The position numbers and the translations under genes are program-made. Under the pieces are notes generated by a model, which had not been told where the DNA came from, ran no database searches, and saw only the letters and a list, made by a program, of their open reading frames with translations. Shown piece by piece: positions 1 to 9,800 of a stretch of 64,000 nt of DNA. The DNA lies in IMG/VR virus record IMGVR_UViG_3300028800_000001, positions 263,296 to 327,295 of that record; one strand, given 5' to 3'. Source of the DNA: a virus. Position 1 is the first letter of the stretch. Each line of letters starts with the position of its first letter.

Positions 1-220
1 GACTTTCGCGCAACCATTTTTCTAGTGCATTTTGATTGCCTTGATATGCTTTCCAGGCATCTCTGGCACACAGAGAAATTAAGGGCATTGCTGGATAGAG
101 TGTTTTCGTCTGCCGATCAAGCACCCGACCGCACGGAAGGTTTTGCCAACGTGGATGATTCTTCTCTTCATCATCCACCAGATACACATTTTCGTTTCTG
201 AGATATCCTATAATTTTCAT
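1..220 (-). CDS. partial small protein, member of the ~70-90 aa 'LYP...W..Y....EWLK' partner family (runs off the window start)
   Basis: Minus-strand ATG at 218-220, open to position 1. Translation MKIIGYLRNENVYLVDDEEKNHPRWQNLPCGRVLDRQTKTLYPAMPLISLCARDAWKAYQGNQNALEKWLRES aligns with 2172..2444, 11896..12174 and 13008..13220. Confidence 0.45.
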   Translation of the reverse strand, partial: MKIIGYLRNENVYLVDDEEKNHPRWQNLPCGRVLDRQTKTLYPAMPLISLCARDAWKAYQGNQNALEKWLRES

Positions 221-240
221 ATTTCTTTCTTCTTTCTTTT

Positions 241-1029
241 TTAACAATTGTGGAAGCGATACGGGATCGAAGCCGCATCTAGCTTATCAGTGATTGCTTT
301 GGTTGCATACTTACGCTCCATGAAGACCACTTCTTCAATGTGCTTCACGCGTAACCCCTTGTGATACTGCACCTCTGGATAGGAACGCACCTGCTGCACA
401 CTGGTATAGGAGAGGACGGTGTTGAGGTAACTGGTATCCACTGCTCGGTGATCAGGCGCGGCTACTGGCATTGCCACCAGTTCCATATAGCCACCAAGAG
501 ATGCCTTTCCCAGGCTGTCATCAAACGTAAAGGTCGCTTTACGAGCCACTACATCACGCTTGAACTTTACGGCGATTTGGCCGTACATGCCAACGCTATC
601 ACGGCTTCCTCCCAGCTCACCGTCTGGACTATTGGTCATATATCCGTAGACCGGACGTTTGGTTGGCTCCATATCTTCTGGATAGGAGAACATTGCCAGC
701 TCAAACCTTGCGCGTCCGTCAGGATGATACGAGCCACAAGAGTTCCCTGTTTCAAACTGTGATTTGAAGCGTCCTTCCTCAAGAATCTTTTCGAAGGCCG
801 TAGAACGAACACGCATCCAAAGACCACTTTCGTCTACCAGCTTTTTGACGTGGGCGTCTACCAGCTTTAAAAAAGCTTCAGCCGTGATGCCACGATAATT
901 TGCATGATATTTGACGGTATTCTCAGCATCCTTGTCATAGACGGCCAACATCTTGTCAGAAGGGCGAACATCTTTCAGACGATTGGATGCACCAGGAAAG
1001 CGTTTTGTCGTTGCAACAGCGGTACCCAT
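241..1029 (-). CDS. member of the multi-copy 'GRFKSQFETG / RPxYGY / YPExQxH / GIPY' module family (262 aa), function unknown
   Basis: ORF track. Conserved motifs WMRVRS, GRFKSQFETGNS, RPVYGYMT, YGQIAVKFK, FTFDDSLG, YPEVQYHKG, EVVF, SIPYRF are shared with 1162..2103, 6811..9870 (twice), 12188..13006 and 13223..14170. Strong RBS AAGGAG and an AT-rich promoter lie upstream. Confidence 0.6.
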   Translation of the reverse strand: MGTAVATTKRFPGASNRLKDVRPSDKMLAVYDKDAENTVKYHANYRGITAEAFLKLVDAHVKKLVDESGLWMRVRSTAFEKILEEGRFKSQFETGNSCGSYHPDGRARFELAMFSYPEDMEPTKRPVYGYMTNSPDGELGGSRDSVGMYGQIAVKFKRDVVARKATFTFDDSLGKASLGGYMELVAMPVAAPDHRAVDTSYLNTVLSYTSVQQVRSYPEVQYHKGLRVKHIEEVVFMERKYATKAITDKLDAASIPYRFHNC

Positions 1030-1034
1030 AATAA

Positions 1035-1144
1035 TCTCCTTGAATTAATTATTTTTTTATTTTCCCGCGTAAATCTCTTTACAAAATTAATTATATGCCA
1101 CTAGTATGTAAAAGACAAGCTTTTCTTCTATGAATATTCAGAAA
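1035..1144 (-). promoter_or_regulatory. promoter/leader for 241..1029: TTCTGAATATTCA element, then -35 TTGTCT, N17, -10 TATAAT, then TAATTTT, then AATAATTAATTCAAGGAGA leader
   Basis: Minus-strand reading ...ctgtatttctgaatattcatagaagaaaagcTTGTCTtttacatactagtggcaTATAATtaattttgtaaag...ataaaaaaataattaattcaaggagattattATG. The architecture is almost identical to 39589..39720. Confidence 0.5.
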
Positions 1145-1161
1145 TACAGAAAAGTGGTACT

Positions 1162-2103
1162 TTACGCATGTGGGTTTTTTGCACGATAGGGAATGCCCAA
1201 TGCTTTCAGCTTTTTTACGACTGCGGGTTTGATGTCAGAGCCGTTCTCAAAGACGACTTCAGCAATGTGAGACGTGTTGACGCCACCATGATATTGTGCT
1301 TCAGGGTACGTAGGAACTTCAGCAAGACTGGCATACTTGAGAGGGCTGTCATATTTGAGTGCTGCGAAGCCTGTATGATCTGGCTTTGAGAGTGCAGAAG
1401 GCAGCAAATAGCCAGCAGAAGAGAGTGAATCGTTGCCTGTCCAGGTTGTGTTGTCTTTTATACTCTCTTTTAAGCGTACGGAGACAGAGCCGTACATATC
1501 AACGGTGTCACCCCAACCGGCCTTTGTGGGATCAGCACTTTTGAGGCGTCCATCGCCGTCAGCCGAGAGATAGCCGTATATCGGACGATCTTCATCTTCA
1601 GTTTTCATTTGGTCGTAGCCAAAAAGGTCTTCTTCCACACTAGCGCGATGCCAAACATCCAATAATCCGCCAGATTTACCGGTTTCATGTTGTGATTTGA
1701 AGCGACCATCTGTCAACACCTTGCCGAGTATTTGTGGACGCACTCGTATCCAGGGCTGTGCATCCTTAAAGAGATCAACTGCTTTTTGATCAAGCGCTTT
1801 GGTGTAGTCTTCAACGCTCATGCCAGCTTTGGCTGCTTTAAATGCAAAGACCGTGGCCTTATTGTTGTTATACTTATCAATGATTGCTTGTGGTGGTTTG
1901 AGCTTTTGTAAAATCTTAGGCACAAGGTTATTGGGATGCAGTGGATTCTTCGGTCCTGGCGTTCTGGTGCCATCGCGTGCCACAATCAGGTGCGCTTCTC
2001 CTGCGGTAGAAAAGCGTCCAAGATGATCATGATGTGGGTTGTACTTCTCTTGAAGTTGCAGCACAAGACGTTTAATCAGCCGAATGTCTTTTTGAAAATA
2101 CAT
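1162..2103 (-). CDS. KYNPxH-leader module-family protein (313 aa), function unknown
   Basis: N-terminus LQLQEKYNPHHDHLGRFSTAGEAHLIVARDGTRTPGPKNPLHPNN. Core motifs PWIRVRP, GRFKSQHETGKSGG, LFGY, RPIYGYLS, YGSVSVRLK, TWTGNDSL, YPEAQYHGG, EVVF, GIPYRA. Confidence 0.65.
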   Translation of the reverse strand: MYFQKDIRLIKRLVLQLQEKYNPHHDHLGRFSTAGEAHLIVARDGTRTPGPKNPLHPNNLVPKILQKLKPPQAIIDKYNNNKATVFAFKAAKAGMSVEDYTKALDQKAVDLFKDAQPWIRVRPQILGKVLTDGRFKSQHETGKSGGLLDVWHRASVEEDLFGYDQMKTEDEDRPIYGYLSADGDGRLKSADPTKAGWGDTVDMYGSVSVRLKESIKDNTTWTGNDSLSSAGYLLPSALSKPDHTGFAALKYDSPLKYASLAEVPTYPEAQYHGGVNTSHIAEVVFENGSDIKPAVVKKLKALGIPYRAKNPHA

Positions 2104-2171
2104 ACAAATCTCCAGGCAGAAAAAAGTGTGGTTGCTTTTTATTTTGTGTGAAGATTTGTATGAACGAAGTT

Positions 2172-2444
2172 TTACGAAGCAGGAATGATTTTGACACCTT
2201 TGAGCAATTCTTCTAGCTTGTTTTGGTCACCATCATACTTTTGCCAGGGATCACGTGCTCCCAGCGATACTAAGGGAAGGGGTGGATACAGTGTTTTACT
2301 ATTGAGATCTAACACACACCCATATTTCAGGTCTTTGTTTCCGTGTTCTGGCACGTCGGCTGAGAGGACATAAAGATTGGGATCGTCAGGATGCGATGCA
2401 ATGATTGTTTGTTTTCCCATTGGGGGTTTCTCCTTACTATGCAA
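2172..2444 (-). CDS. small partner-family protein (90 aa) upstream of module-family gene 1162..2103
   Basis: KTLYPPLPLVSLGARDPWQKYDGDQNKLEELLKG matches the 11896..12174, 13008..13220 and 1..220 products. Confidence 0.5.
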   Translation of the reverse strand: MHSKEKPPMGKQTIIASHPDDPNLYVLSADVPEHGNKDLKYGCVLDLNSKTLYPPLPLVSLGARDPWQKYDGDQNKLEELLKGVKIIPAS

Positions 2445-2883
2445 CTTTCTTTACTACTACTAATAACAAATTTTTGAGTGCCAAAATTTCTGCATCCTGT
2501 GCTTCAAGATGCTTTTTTAGCTCTTCATTTTCATGAAAGATCTTGAGCGTGGTTTGATACGTTTCTTCCGCTTGCAATTGCTGATGTCTTCCTAACACGT
2601 CTTGCCCGACCGATAAAATTGATAAGGCAACTAATTGGATGAATGTCTGGCTTGTCCACTGCACATACTGATTGGCGGTTGCATGAAAACCAGGAAAGCC
2701 AAGGATGGCAAGAAATACAAAGAAGTAAGCACACCACATGTTGCTGAGCACATTGGTTACAAAAACCGCCACACGTTGATTGAAGCCACCTGCTTTGCGT
2801 TCTAATGCTTGCAACACATTGACGTTACGCACTTTGTGTGGGTGTTCTTTGTGTTCATATAAAGTTACTTTGTGATCACTCAT
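2437..2883 (-). CDS. membrane protein with 2 TM segments and an N-terminal coiled coil (148 aa), possibly lysis- or virion-associated
   Basis: Hydrophobic stretches FFVFLAILGFPGF and FIQLVALSILSVG; heptad-like N-terminus. Overlaps the stop of the upstream gene. Confidence 0.4.
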   Translation of the reverse strand: MSDHKVTLYEHKEHPHKVRNVNVLQALERKAGGFNQRVAVFVTNVLSNMWCAYFFVFLAILGFPGFHATANQYVQWTSQTFIQLVALSILSVGQDVLGRHQQLQAEETYQTTLKIFHENEELKKHLEAQDAEILALKNLLLVVVKKVA

Positions 2884-2896
2884 CGCTTCCTACTTC

Positions 2897-4234
2897 TTAC
2901 GAATAATAAAAGGTCACACCAGGGCAGTTGGCTACCCCATTGGAAACAATGCCTACGGAAGCACGACCACCTCCACCAATGCTATAAATGCTGCCAACTG
3001 TAGCATTGGCTGGAATAGAAAGCAGCTTTGTTCCACTATTGGTGGTGGCATTGTCATAGATATCAAGCTGCGCGGTTCCGGTCGTTGTCACTACTGCACT
3101 CCAAAGATAGCCAGGAGTGCCTTTGACCACCACATTACCTGCGGTATTGGCAGCTTGCGCAGCGTTCGCCGTCGCTCCAGCCGTGAGCCATGGATTCGTA
3201 TTTTGTGTATTTCCAGGCTGCACTGTCCAGGTTCCTGCTTGCGCACTTTGCATCCCACCAGGAGCAGAACTACTGGTGTAGAGCTCTAGTGTCGCGTTTG
3301 CGGTGCCGCTGGTATACGCCGTCATGCGCACACGAAAGTAGCGAAACGTCACCGCTCGTTCATAGATGACACTCACTGTATTGGTAGTAGTTGAGAGTAG
3401 TGAGCCACTGGTAACATTGGTCATGAGCACATTGACAAAAGCAGCGCCATCATTAGAACCTTGAAATGTGAGTGTTCCTGAATAGGCACTAGAACTAATA
3501 TGAATACTCAGCCATTTATACGCACTGACATCTGTAGAGGGAACCAGATCAGCATTGAGTGATGCGGCGCTCAGCCCTGTTTGTTCAGTAAAGTTTCCTC
3601 GTACTGCCTGTGAACCAGCGGCGTCTATCATTGCTTTATTTGTGCCAGCGCTATCAACCACAGTGACTCCACCGACAAGATTGCTTCCAGCAGGAAGGCT
3701 AGAGAGCAAACTAATATCACCGGTTGCAGCGCTTGCATTTAAGGTTACCGTGAGTGTTTCTGTACTTCCAAGCACACTTGCACGCACACGTATCTTTGTC
3801 AGCCCTGCACAATTTCCTCCTAGCTCCAACGGGCCAGGGCCAACAATGCTTTGCACTGATGTGCTGGTCAAAGAGCCGCCCACTTTTATCCCTTTGGCGA
3901 TCCAGTTTGTGCCATCGACACTGCCATCGACCACGATTGTTGTTGCAGAAGTAAAAGTGCTCAGTGCCACAATTTCTGCTTTCCAGCTTCCTTGACCAGC
4001 ACCAAGAGAAAGGACAACGGTGCCACCAGCAATCGGTGTTTGCTGCGTGCTTTGTGCAGCAGTAATCGTACCGCTTACGCTGAGATCGCTCGTGCTACTG
4101 TAAAGTGGGTTGACAGCAACTCCCAACGCATTATCAGACGTATCCACAAGCACTGTTGGGTGCACAATCATTACCGTACTGTTCGGGCCGGTGTCCACGC
4201 CTGGGACGGTTGGCTCTGTTTGATTAATAGGCAT
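2897..4234 (-). CDS. tail fibre / receptor-binding-like protein (445 aa), rich in T/S/G/A/V
   Basis: The N-terminal 45 aa MPINQTEPTVPGVDTGPNSTVMIVHPTVLVDTSDNALGVAVNPLY are near-identical to the N-terminus of 5370..5822. The rest is a low-complexity Thr/Ser/Gly/Ala beta-rich sequence typical of fibres. Confidence 0.6.
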   Translation of the reverse strand: MPINQTEPTVPGVDTGPNSTVMIVHPTVLVDTSDNALGVAVNPLYSSTSDLSVSGTITAAQSTQQTPIAGGTVVLSLGAGQGSWKAEIVALSTFTSATTIVVDGSVDGTNWIAKGIKVGGSLTSTSVQSIVGPGPLELGGNCAGLTKIRVRASVLGSTETLTVTLNASAATGDISLLSSLPAGSNLVGGVTVVDSAGTNKAMIDAAGSQAVRGNFTEQTGLSAASLNADLVPSTDVSAYKWLSIHISSSAYSGTLTFQGSNDGAAFVNVLMTNVTSGSLLSTTTNTVSVIYERAVTFRYFRVRMTAYTSGTANATLELYTSSSAPGGMQSAQAGTWTVQPGNTQNTNPWLTAGATANAAQAANTAGNVVVKGTPGYLWSAVVTTTGTAQLDIYDNATTNSGTKLLSIPANATVGSIYSIGGGGRASVGIVSNGVANCPGVTFYYS

Positions 4235-5368
4235 CTATTGTATCCTTCCACTGGTGTGCCGCATTTCCCTGATATAAGGAGAGCCCACCACTGCTTTATA
4301 GAGTGAGTTGAGAAAGAAGTTCAGCCAGAGATTTTGATAGGCTACGTAGCCTGCGGGAAGTGTGGGATGAATATTGTCCACATCAATTAAGCTTTGATGC
4401 GTAGAAAAATACGCATAGAGATCAGGGCCAAGAATGATGGACGGAAAACTGGCTTTGAGTGTCAAGATCTTGGTATTAATTGTAGGCGCATTCGCCAGTA
4501 AATTCGTCGTATTGCCCCAACAAATTGTCTTTGGTAATACCACCGTTTTCCCAGCACCAATCACGGCATTGATCATGGTGGTCATGTTACTGATAAAATT
4601 CGTGACGTACGTTCCGCCCTGGTTTGCATCATTGGTACCGTAGAGGAGTCCCACATATTTACCAGGAAAGAGTGCAAGCCACGTCGCAATATTGGCCGCG
4701 CCTTCGACTGCCGTAAACCCACCAATGCCGCCATCCTCCATCAAAGGAAAATTGCTGACCTGGGCATTGATTTGTGCAGGGAGTGTGGTATCGGTGTGCA
4801 AAAAACCTTGTTGCGCAATAGAGTCGCCATAAAAGATCCAATCATCAGCCAGCCCATTTGCTTTATGCACATCCATATTGATCTGCACATTATTGTTAGA
4901 AACCGATCCATTGATTGCAGTGATGCGAATGCGCACCCATTTGTACCCAGTGAGATTCACACTATGCTGACGGCTGTGATAGACGTTTCCGGTTACCGTC
5001 GCAAGCGTTATCCATCCACTTGAGGGTAAACTTCCACCGGCTGCACTATTGGCATCAATCGTGTAAGCAGCAGGAACGTTATAGGAATTATTGCTAATCA
5101 AGGTCGGATCATAGGCACCCGTTGAGGGATCGTTATACCAGACCACAACAGCCGTCGTGAGACTACTCACACCAGAAAGATCATAGGCCAGATACACGGC
5201 TTGCGTCAGCGTGCCACTGTCTGTATTTCCTGTGGGTGCTGTGAGGCAACGCCAATAATTGCCATACGTGCTGTCGTTGGCTTGCGAGGCTGGAAACGCA
5301 CCTGAAAAGTCATCATTGGTATAGGCAGGCACACCACGTGAGATCAGGGGCATTGGAGCTATCGTCAT
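4235..5368 (-). CDS. SGNH/GDSL-type hydrolase (esterase/deacetylase) with an N-terminal carbohydrate-binding-like region, tail-associated (377 aa)
   Basis: Block I FYGDSIAQQG (GDS), block III LLYGTNDA (GxND), block V DVDNIHPT (DxxH). Its start is 2 nt from the stop of 5370..5822. Confidence 0.65.
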   Translation of the reverse strand: MTIAPMPLISRGVPAYTNDDFSGAFPASQANDSTYGNYWRCLTAPTGNTDSGTLTQAVYLAYDLSGVSSLTTAVVVWYNDPSTGAYDPTLISNNSYNVPAAYTIDANSAAGGSLPSSGWITLATVTGNVYHSRQHSVNLTGYKWVRIRITAINGSVSNNNVQINMDVHKANGLADDWIFYGDSIAQQGFLHTDTTLPAQINAQVSNFPLMEDGGIGGFTAVEGAANIATWLALFPGKYVGLLYGTNDANQGGTYVTNFISNMTTMINAVIGAGKTVVLPKTICWGNTTNLLANAPTINTKILTLKASFPSIILGPDLYAYFSTHQSLIDVDNIHPTLPAGYVAYQNLWLNFFLNSLYKAVVGSPYIREMRHTSGRIQ

Positions 5369-5369
5369 A

Positions 5370-5822
5370 TTAATTCCAAGCCCTGACTACAATATTGCTC
5401 GCGCTTGTTCCATTGACGTTGCTAATGCCTGGAGTATAGAGATGCAGCGCTGTTACCTGCACATCCAAAAATAGCGTTTGTCCAGCAGCGAGTACTGGGC
5501 TTCCTGCGGTAGCTGTAACATCTAAGTCCCATTGGATATTGCTAGCCGTGTTATTTTGCACCATCAAATGTGAGATAACGGTGGTGCCAGCGGCTCCCCA
5601 TTTAAAACTATAATCAGTGGTAGCCGCCGTTGCCGCGCCATTAGAGGCGTAGGCTGCAACGTAGCCTGATTGGACGGTTTGTTCAACAAAGAGAGGGTTG
5701 GCAACAATCCCAAAGGCATTATCAGAGGTATCTACAAGCACGCTTGGATGCACAATCATCGTGGTGCTATTGGGGCCAGTATCGACACCAGGAACGGTTG
5801 GTTCAGTTTGGTTGAGTGGCAT
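5370..5822 (-). CDS. tail fibre N-terminal anchor-domain protein (150 aa), paralogous to the N-terminus of 2897..4234
   Basis: MPLNQTEPTVPGVDTGPNSTTMIVHPSVLVDTSDNAFGIVANPLF. It abuts the SGNH hydrolase gene, so the pair may be a split or frameshifted fibre-enzyme fusion. Confidence 0.55.
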   Translation of the reverse strand: MPLNQTEPTVPGVDTGPNSTTMIVHPSVLVDTSDNAFGIVANPLFVEQTVQSGYVAAYASNGAATAATTDYSFKWGAAGTTVISHLMVQNNTASNIQWDLDVTATAGSPVLAAGQTLFLDVQVTALHLYTPGISNVNGTSASNIVVRAWN

Positions 5823-5896
5823 TGTTTTCTCCAGTACAAATCATTGCAACAGAAATGCTATTTTTGTTTGTACTGAAGAATTTAGGAGAAATACAG

Positions 5897-6814
5897 TTAT
5901 TTTTGTTCGTGGCCTTGCAGGGCAAATGCAGTGCGATCTTCCCCAATGCAGAGCCAGAGATTTTCAAACAAGAGTGCTTCGGCAGGAACACTCATTGTTG
6001 GAAAAGCAGCATCTTTGTCAATATACGCTAAAGTGCAGTGTGGTGTAAAGCCATGTGTGTTGTCAATAGGAACAGGCAGAGACGTTCGAAGCTGTTCACG
6101 CCACTCTGCTATCCCTGGAAGGTCTACAGAGGCGTAAAACGGCAGCGTAGCGCTCTCTGTGGGGGTGTTTGTGAAGCACCCGATCCCTGAGACAATGCCA
6201 TGTACCGGAACCGCGTTTGTCGCATAGTCACCGATTGCTTTTTTGAGCTGTGCGGAAAGGGCATCAGGAACATTCTCAGCGCTTCCTAGTATCATCAAAG
6301 TGACATGCAGCTCTTGTGGCTCACATTTCCCTTCACAGTCCAGTGCTATTTTTTGTGCGGCATCTGGCTCCAGATAAAATGCCACCATGATTGGCAAGGC
6401 CGACACAGGTTTAGGTTGCTCTGGTGTTTCTTCTTTGCGTAGCCACAGCGTCTTTAAAAAAGAAACATGCTCTTCGTTGGCGCGAAAGATTGGCGTCTGC
6501 AAAAAGTCTTTGACAGCTATATCGTGTGCTGCAAGATAGCCAATTAATTGTTCTTCATTCTTGACAGGCAACGTCCATGTCGTCTCTTCAAAGATGCTTT
6601 TCTTCTTTGCAGGTTCTTCATCTGAAAGGGTTGCGCGCTCCTCTTCTGGGAGATCATCAAGATTTTCACAAGGCAGCACACGATTCAAAAAATCTTCACG
6701 TGCTTCATCAGTCAATTGGTGCCGTTGCAAAAACTTGGCAACGCGGCGTGAGAGATCAGGTGACATATTGTCAGGTACACTGCTTTTTGCACTATCGTCT
6801 TTGAGTATTTTCAC
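5897..6814 (-). CDS. 2H phosphoesterase superfamily protein (LigT / cyclic phosphodiesterase-like) with an acidic N-terminal extension (305 aa)
   Basis: Two H-x-T-x motifs at the expected spacing: ELHVTLMILG (around aa 170) and FTPHCTLAYI (around aa 262). Confidence 0.6.
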   Translation of the reverse strand: MKILKDDSAKSSVPDNMSPDLSRRVAKFLQRHQLTDEAREDFLNRVLPCENLDDLPEEERATLSDEEPAKKKSIFEETTWTLPVKNEEQLIGYLAAHDIAVKDFLQTPIFRANEEHVSFLKTLWLRKEETPEQPKPVSALPIMVAFYLEPDAAQKIALDCEGKCEPQELHVTLMILGSAENVPDALSAQLKKAIGDYATNAVPVHGIVSGIGCFTNTPTESATLPFYASVDLPGIAEWREQLRTSLPVPIDNTHGFTPHCTLAYIDKDAAFPTMSVPAEALLFENLWLCIGEDRTAFALQGHEQK

Positions 6815-9800
6815 AAAGTGTCTCCATTCAAAATGGTTTTGCCTACACGGGTTGCTGTTCTATTTAAAACTACCAGAAAGTCAGCACGTTTATTGATCGA
6901 ATCTACATGAGAGCGATCAACATAAATGGCATCATAGCCCTTCATTGCGGCGTAGCGACCAGGATCGTTGGCAAGATCAAAGAGCCGATCAATGCGGCGT
7001 GACTCCGTATACTTCCCAGCATCATCCAAGGCTTTGCCCCGTGTACGCAAATCATTCTTGTAGTCAATCCACTCATTGATTAAACGTCCCTTCTCAATTG
7101 CGGTGGTATTTTTGAGTACGGACATATGCAGCACATCATCGCCATAAGTAGCGGCCACATGAGACGCACTATATCGGTCAGATACTCCTTCTGTGGTAAG
7201 CGCGGTATAGGTTCCGTTGCCATAGACGCCAAGTCCTGCAAAATAGTGCCCACTTTGATAGCTTGCAGCATAGCCCAGGCCGTCAGAGGGATCACCACCA
7301 TCATCCACACCGCGATAGAGCTCAGCCTCACCGTCTTTAATGTGCTGCGCAAGCACATTATCTTCAACCACATGTGGAGGGCCATCAAACCCCTGTGCTT
7401 TATAGATTTCCTGTAAGCAGGCGTCGGCATCCGTGGCGCTACTGCTTCCTGGGATTGGGCCTTTGCCTGTATCCATATAGTTTTTGACGTAGGGAATATC
7501 TTCAGGGTTGCTATATTTGGCTTCCGTCTTCTGAAATTCCTGGTTATCAGGGTGTTTCGGTCCTTTCTCGCGGGTACCATCAGCATGCACAAGCAGGTGT
7601 GCATTTTCTGTCGTGGTAAATTTCCCTACGTGATCATGCGCAGGGTTGTACTTTTCTTCAAACTGCTCAACACTTTTTGTTCCTGAGACGCGGTAAGAAA
7701 TGCCTTTGGCTTTGAGTTGTGCCTCAAGCGGTGGTGTAAGCTCATAATCATTATGAAACACAATTTCTGCAATAGTTGAGGTGTTTAGACCACCATGAAA
7801 TTGTGCCTCTGGATAGCCGCGTACATCACTCACGTTTTGGTAGGTCAGTGGATCTGGACCATGCACACTAAAATTGGTATGATCAGGATGCAGCATGCTT
7901 CCTGGCAAGAGATAGCCACCCATACCAAGTGAGTCATCACCTGTCCAGGTGGTTTTTTGCTTCACCTCTGGTTTGAAGCGAACCGCAACGCCTCCATATT
8001 CATCAACAGAGTCGAACATGCCATGCCGCGTCTGTCTCAGGCTTGCGCCGTCAGGATGATCGCTTAGATAGCCGTAAAGTGGACGCTGCTCTTTGGCAAG
8101 ATCGTCTGGATAGCCAAAGAGATCATGTTCTGCTTCAGAACGTGAATCGTGATCCATAATTCCCGCAGAGGTATTGGTTTCAAATTGCGACTTGAAGCGT
8201 TCATCATCCAATATCTTTGAAAGAATTGTTGGGCGTACCCGCATCCAAGGTTCTGCATTCTTGAGCAGTTCCACGGCTTTGTCATCAACGGCTTTGTTGT
8301 ACTCTTCAGCCGTCATGTTATGCGTCTGCGCATGCTTTTCAGCGAACGCTGCACCTTGTATGTCATATTTTTTGAGGACGGCGTCTGGTGGACGCACCTG
8401 TTCTAAGATATCTTTTTTCTGATTATCAGGATGCGCCGGTCCTTTTTCAGTGGTACCATCACGATGCACTAAAAGGTGGGCATTTTCGGTGGTCGTAAAT
8501 TGTCCATTGTGCCCGTGGGCTGGATTATATTTCGCTTCGCCTGTGAGCAGCTCTTGATCACGTGCGGATAAATCTTCTAGCGATTGCACACCCATCAAAC
8601 GATTGAAAAAGTCCTGACGCTCTGCGAGTGTCCAAGAGGCCGCAACAGGGCCAGCAAGAAACTTTTCTACCAGTGGTACTAGATCAGGGGCAAGCGTATC
8701 AGGGATTGTGTTAATGGCTTGATTTTCTGCATCAGTGATTTGATCTTTATGTTCTGGGGTATCATCATCTATTTCCTCGTCATTTTGCTTCTCCTCTGGT
8801 AAATACAATGAAAGATCAAGTGGTTCATGCATCTTGCCGTGGCTGCGATGCCCTGGCTTTTTGCGCGGCACAGGGATAACGCCATGAGCAGGTTTGCCGT
8901 GAGGAGCCGCATGTGGTTTTGCAGCAGGTGCGCCGTGAGCAGCAGCAGGTTTCTTGAGTGGCTTCACGCTCGTTGGCACTGCTGGATGCTTTGGTGGCAT
9001 TCCACCGGTTTGTGACTCAGGGTGTGCCGTAATCTTGAAAAAGTCTTCCCAGGTGGGATTCTTCATTCCAGCTAGCTGATGCAAAATCTCAAAACGTTTT
9101 GCGAAACCTAACGCTGCTTCATCATTGGCTGCATACTCTTTTGAGAGGATCAGGGCTTTGGTTTCTTTGGTGAGAAACTTTCCCAGGATGCCATGATCAA
9201 TGCTGTTGCGCAGAAAACTTTTTCCAATGACTTTCATCAGAAAGCTATGCGACTGGATTGCAATATCTTTTTTGACGAGTGCCGAAGAAAGTTGTGTCAG
9301 GTTAATCTTGCCGGTCTTTTGATTGAGGGTATAGTGTCCAGATTGATCTTGTTTCATGCCAAGAATATATTCCAACATGCCGACTTTGGTCACCTGATCA
9401 GGGGGCATTTTCTCCATTGCCTCGGTTGCCGTCTTATCATCCAGGGGAGTGCTTTTTACATCCTCAGAGACCACTACGGGCTCTTTGTCCACTGTTCCAC
9501 TGTGGACTACAGGCACCGTATCAGAGGCTCCTACCAGATCTGCAATGCGGCTTGCACCGGTCTGTGAAAAGGCAATGCGCGTGCTACCAGTGGGCACAAT
9601 ACGATACGTCTTGCCATTAATGTTGGCGGTATAGACGCCGTCAGCCCCTCTGGTCATTGCCCCTTTGTCGGAGAGGGCTTTCGCAATGTGGGCAGGCATG
9701 GTGGTGAGCACATCAGCGTGCACACCGCCTGCGCCATCATCAGCACCGATGAATTGTCCGGTCGTAGTGCTGTGATTACGGTTATATTTTTCTTCAGGAA

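Noticed and set aside
361-4306. Plus-strand ORFs overlapping minus-strand genes (e.g. 361..762, 1168..1389, 3555..3995, 3992..4306) and many similar antisense ORFs elsewhere
   Set aside because: They lie entirely inside longer ORFs on the opposite strand that have recognisable protein motifs and RBSs. They have no RBS and odd composition, so they are treated as spurious shadow ORFs.
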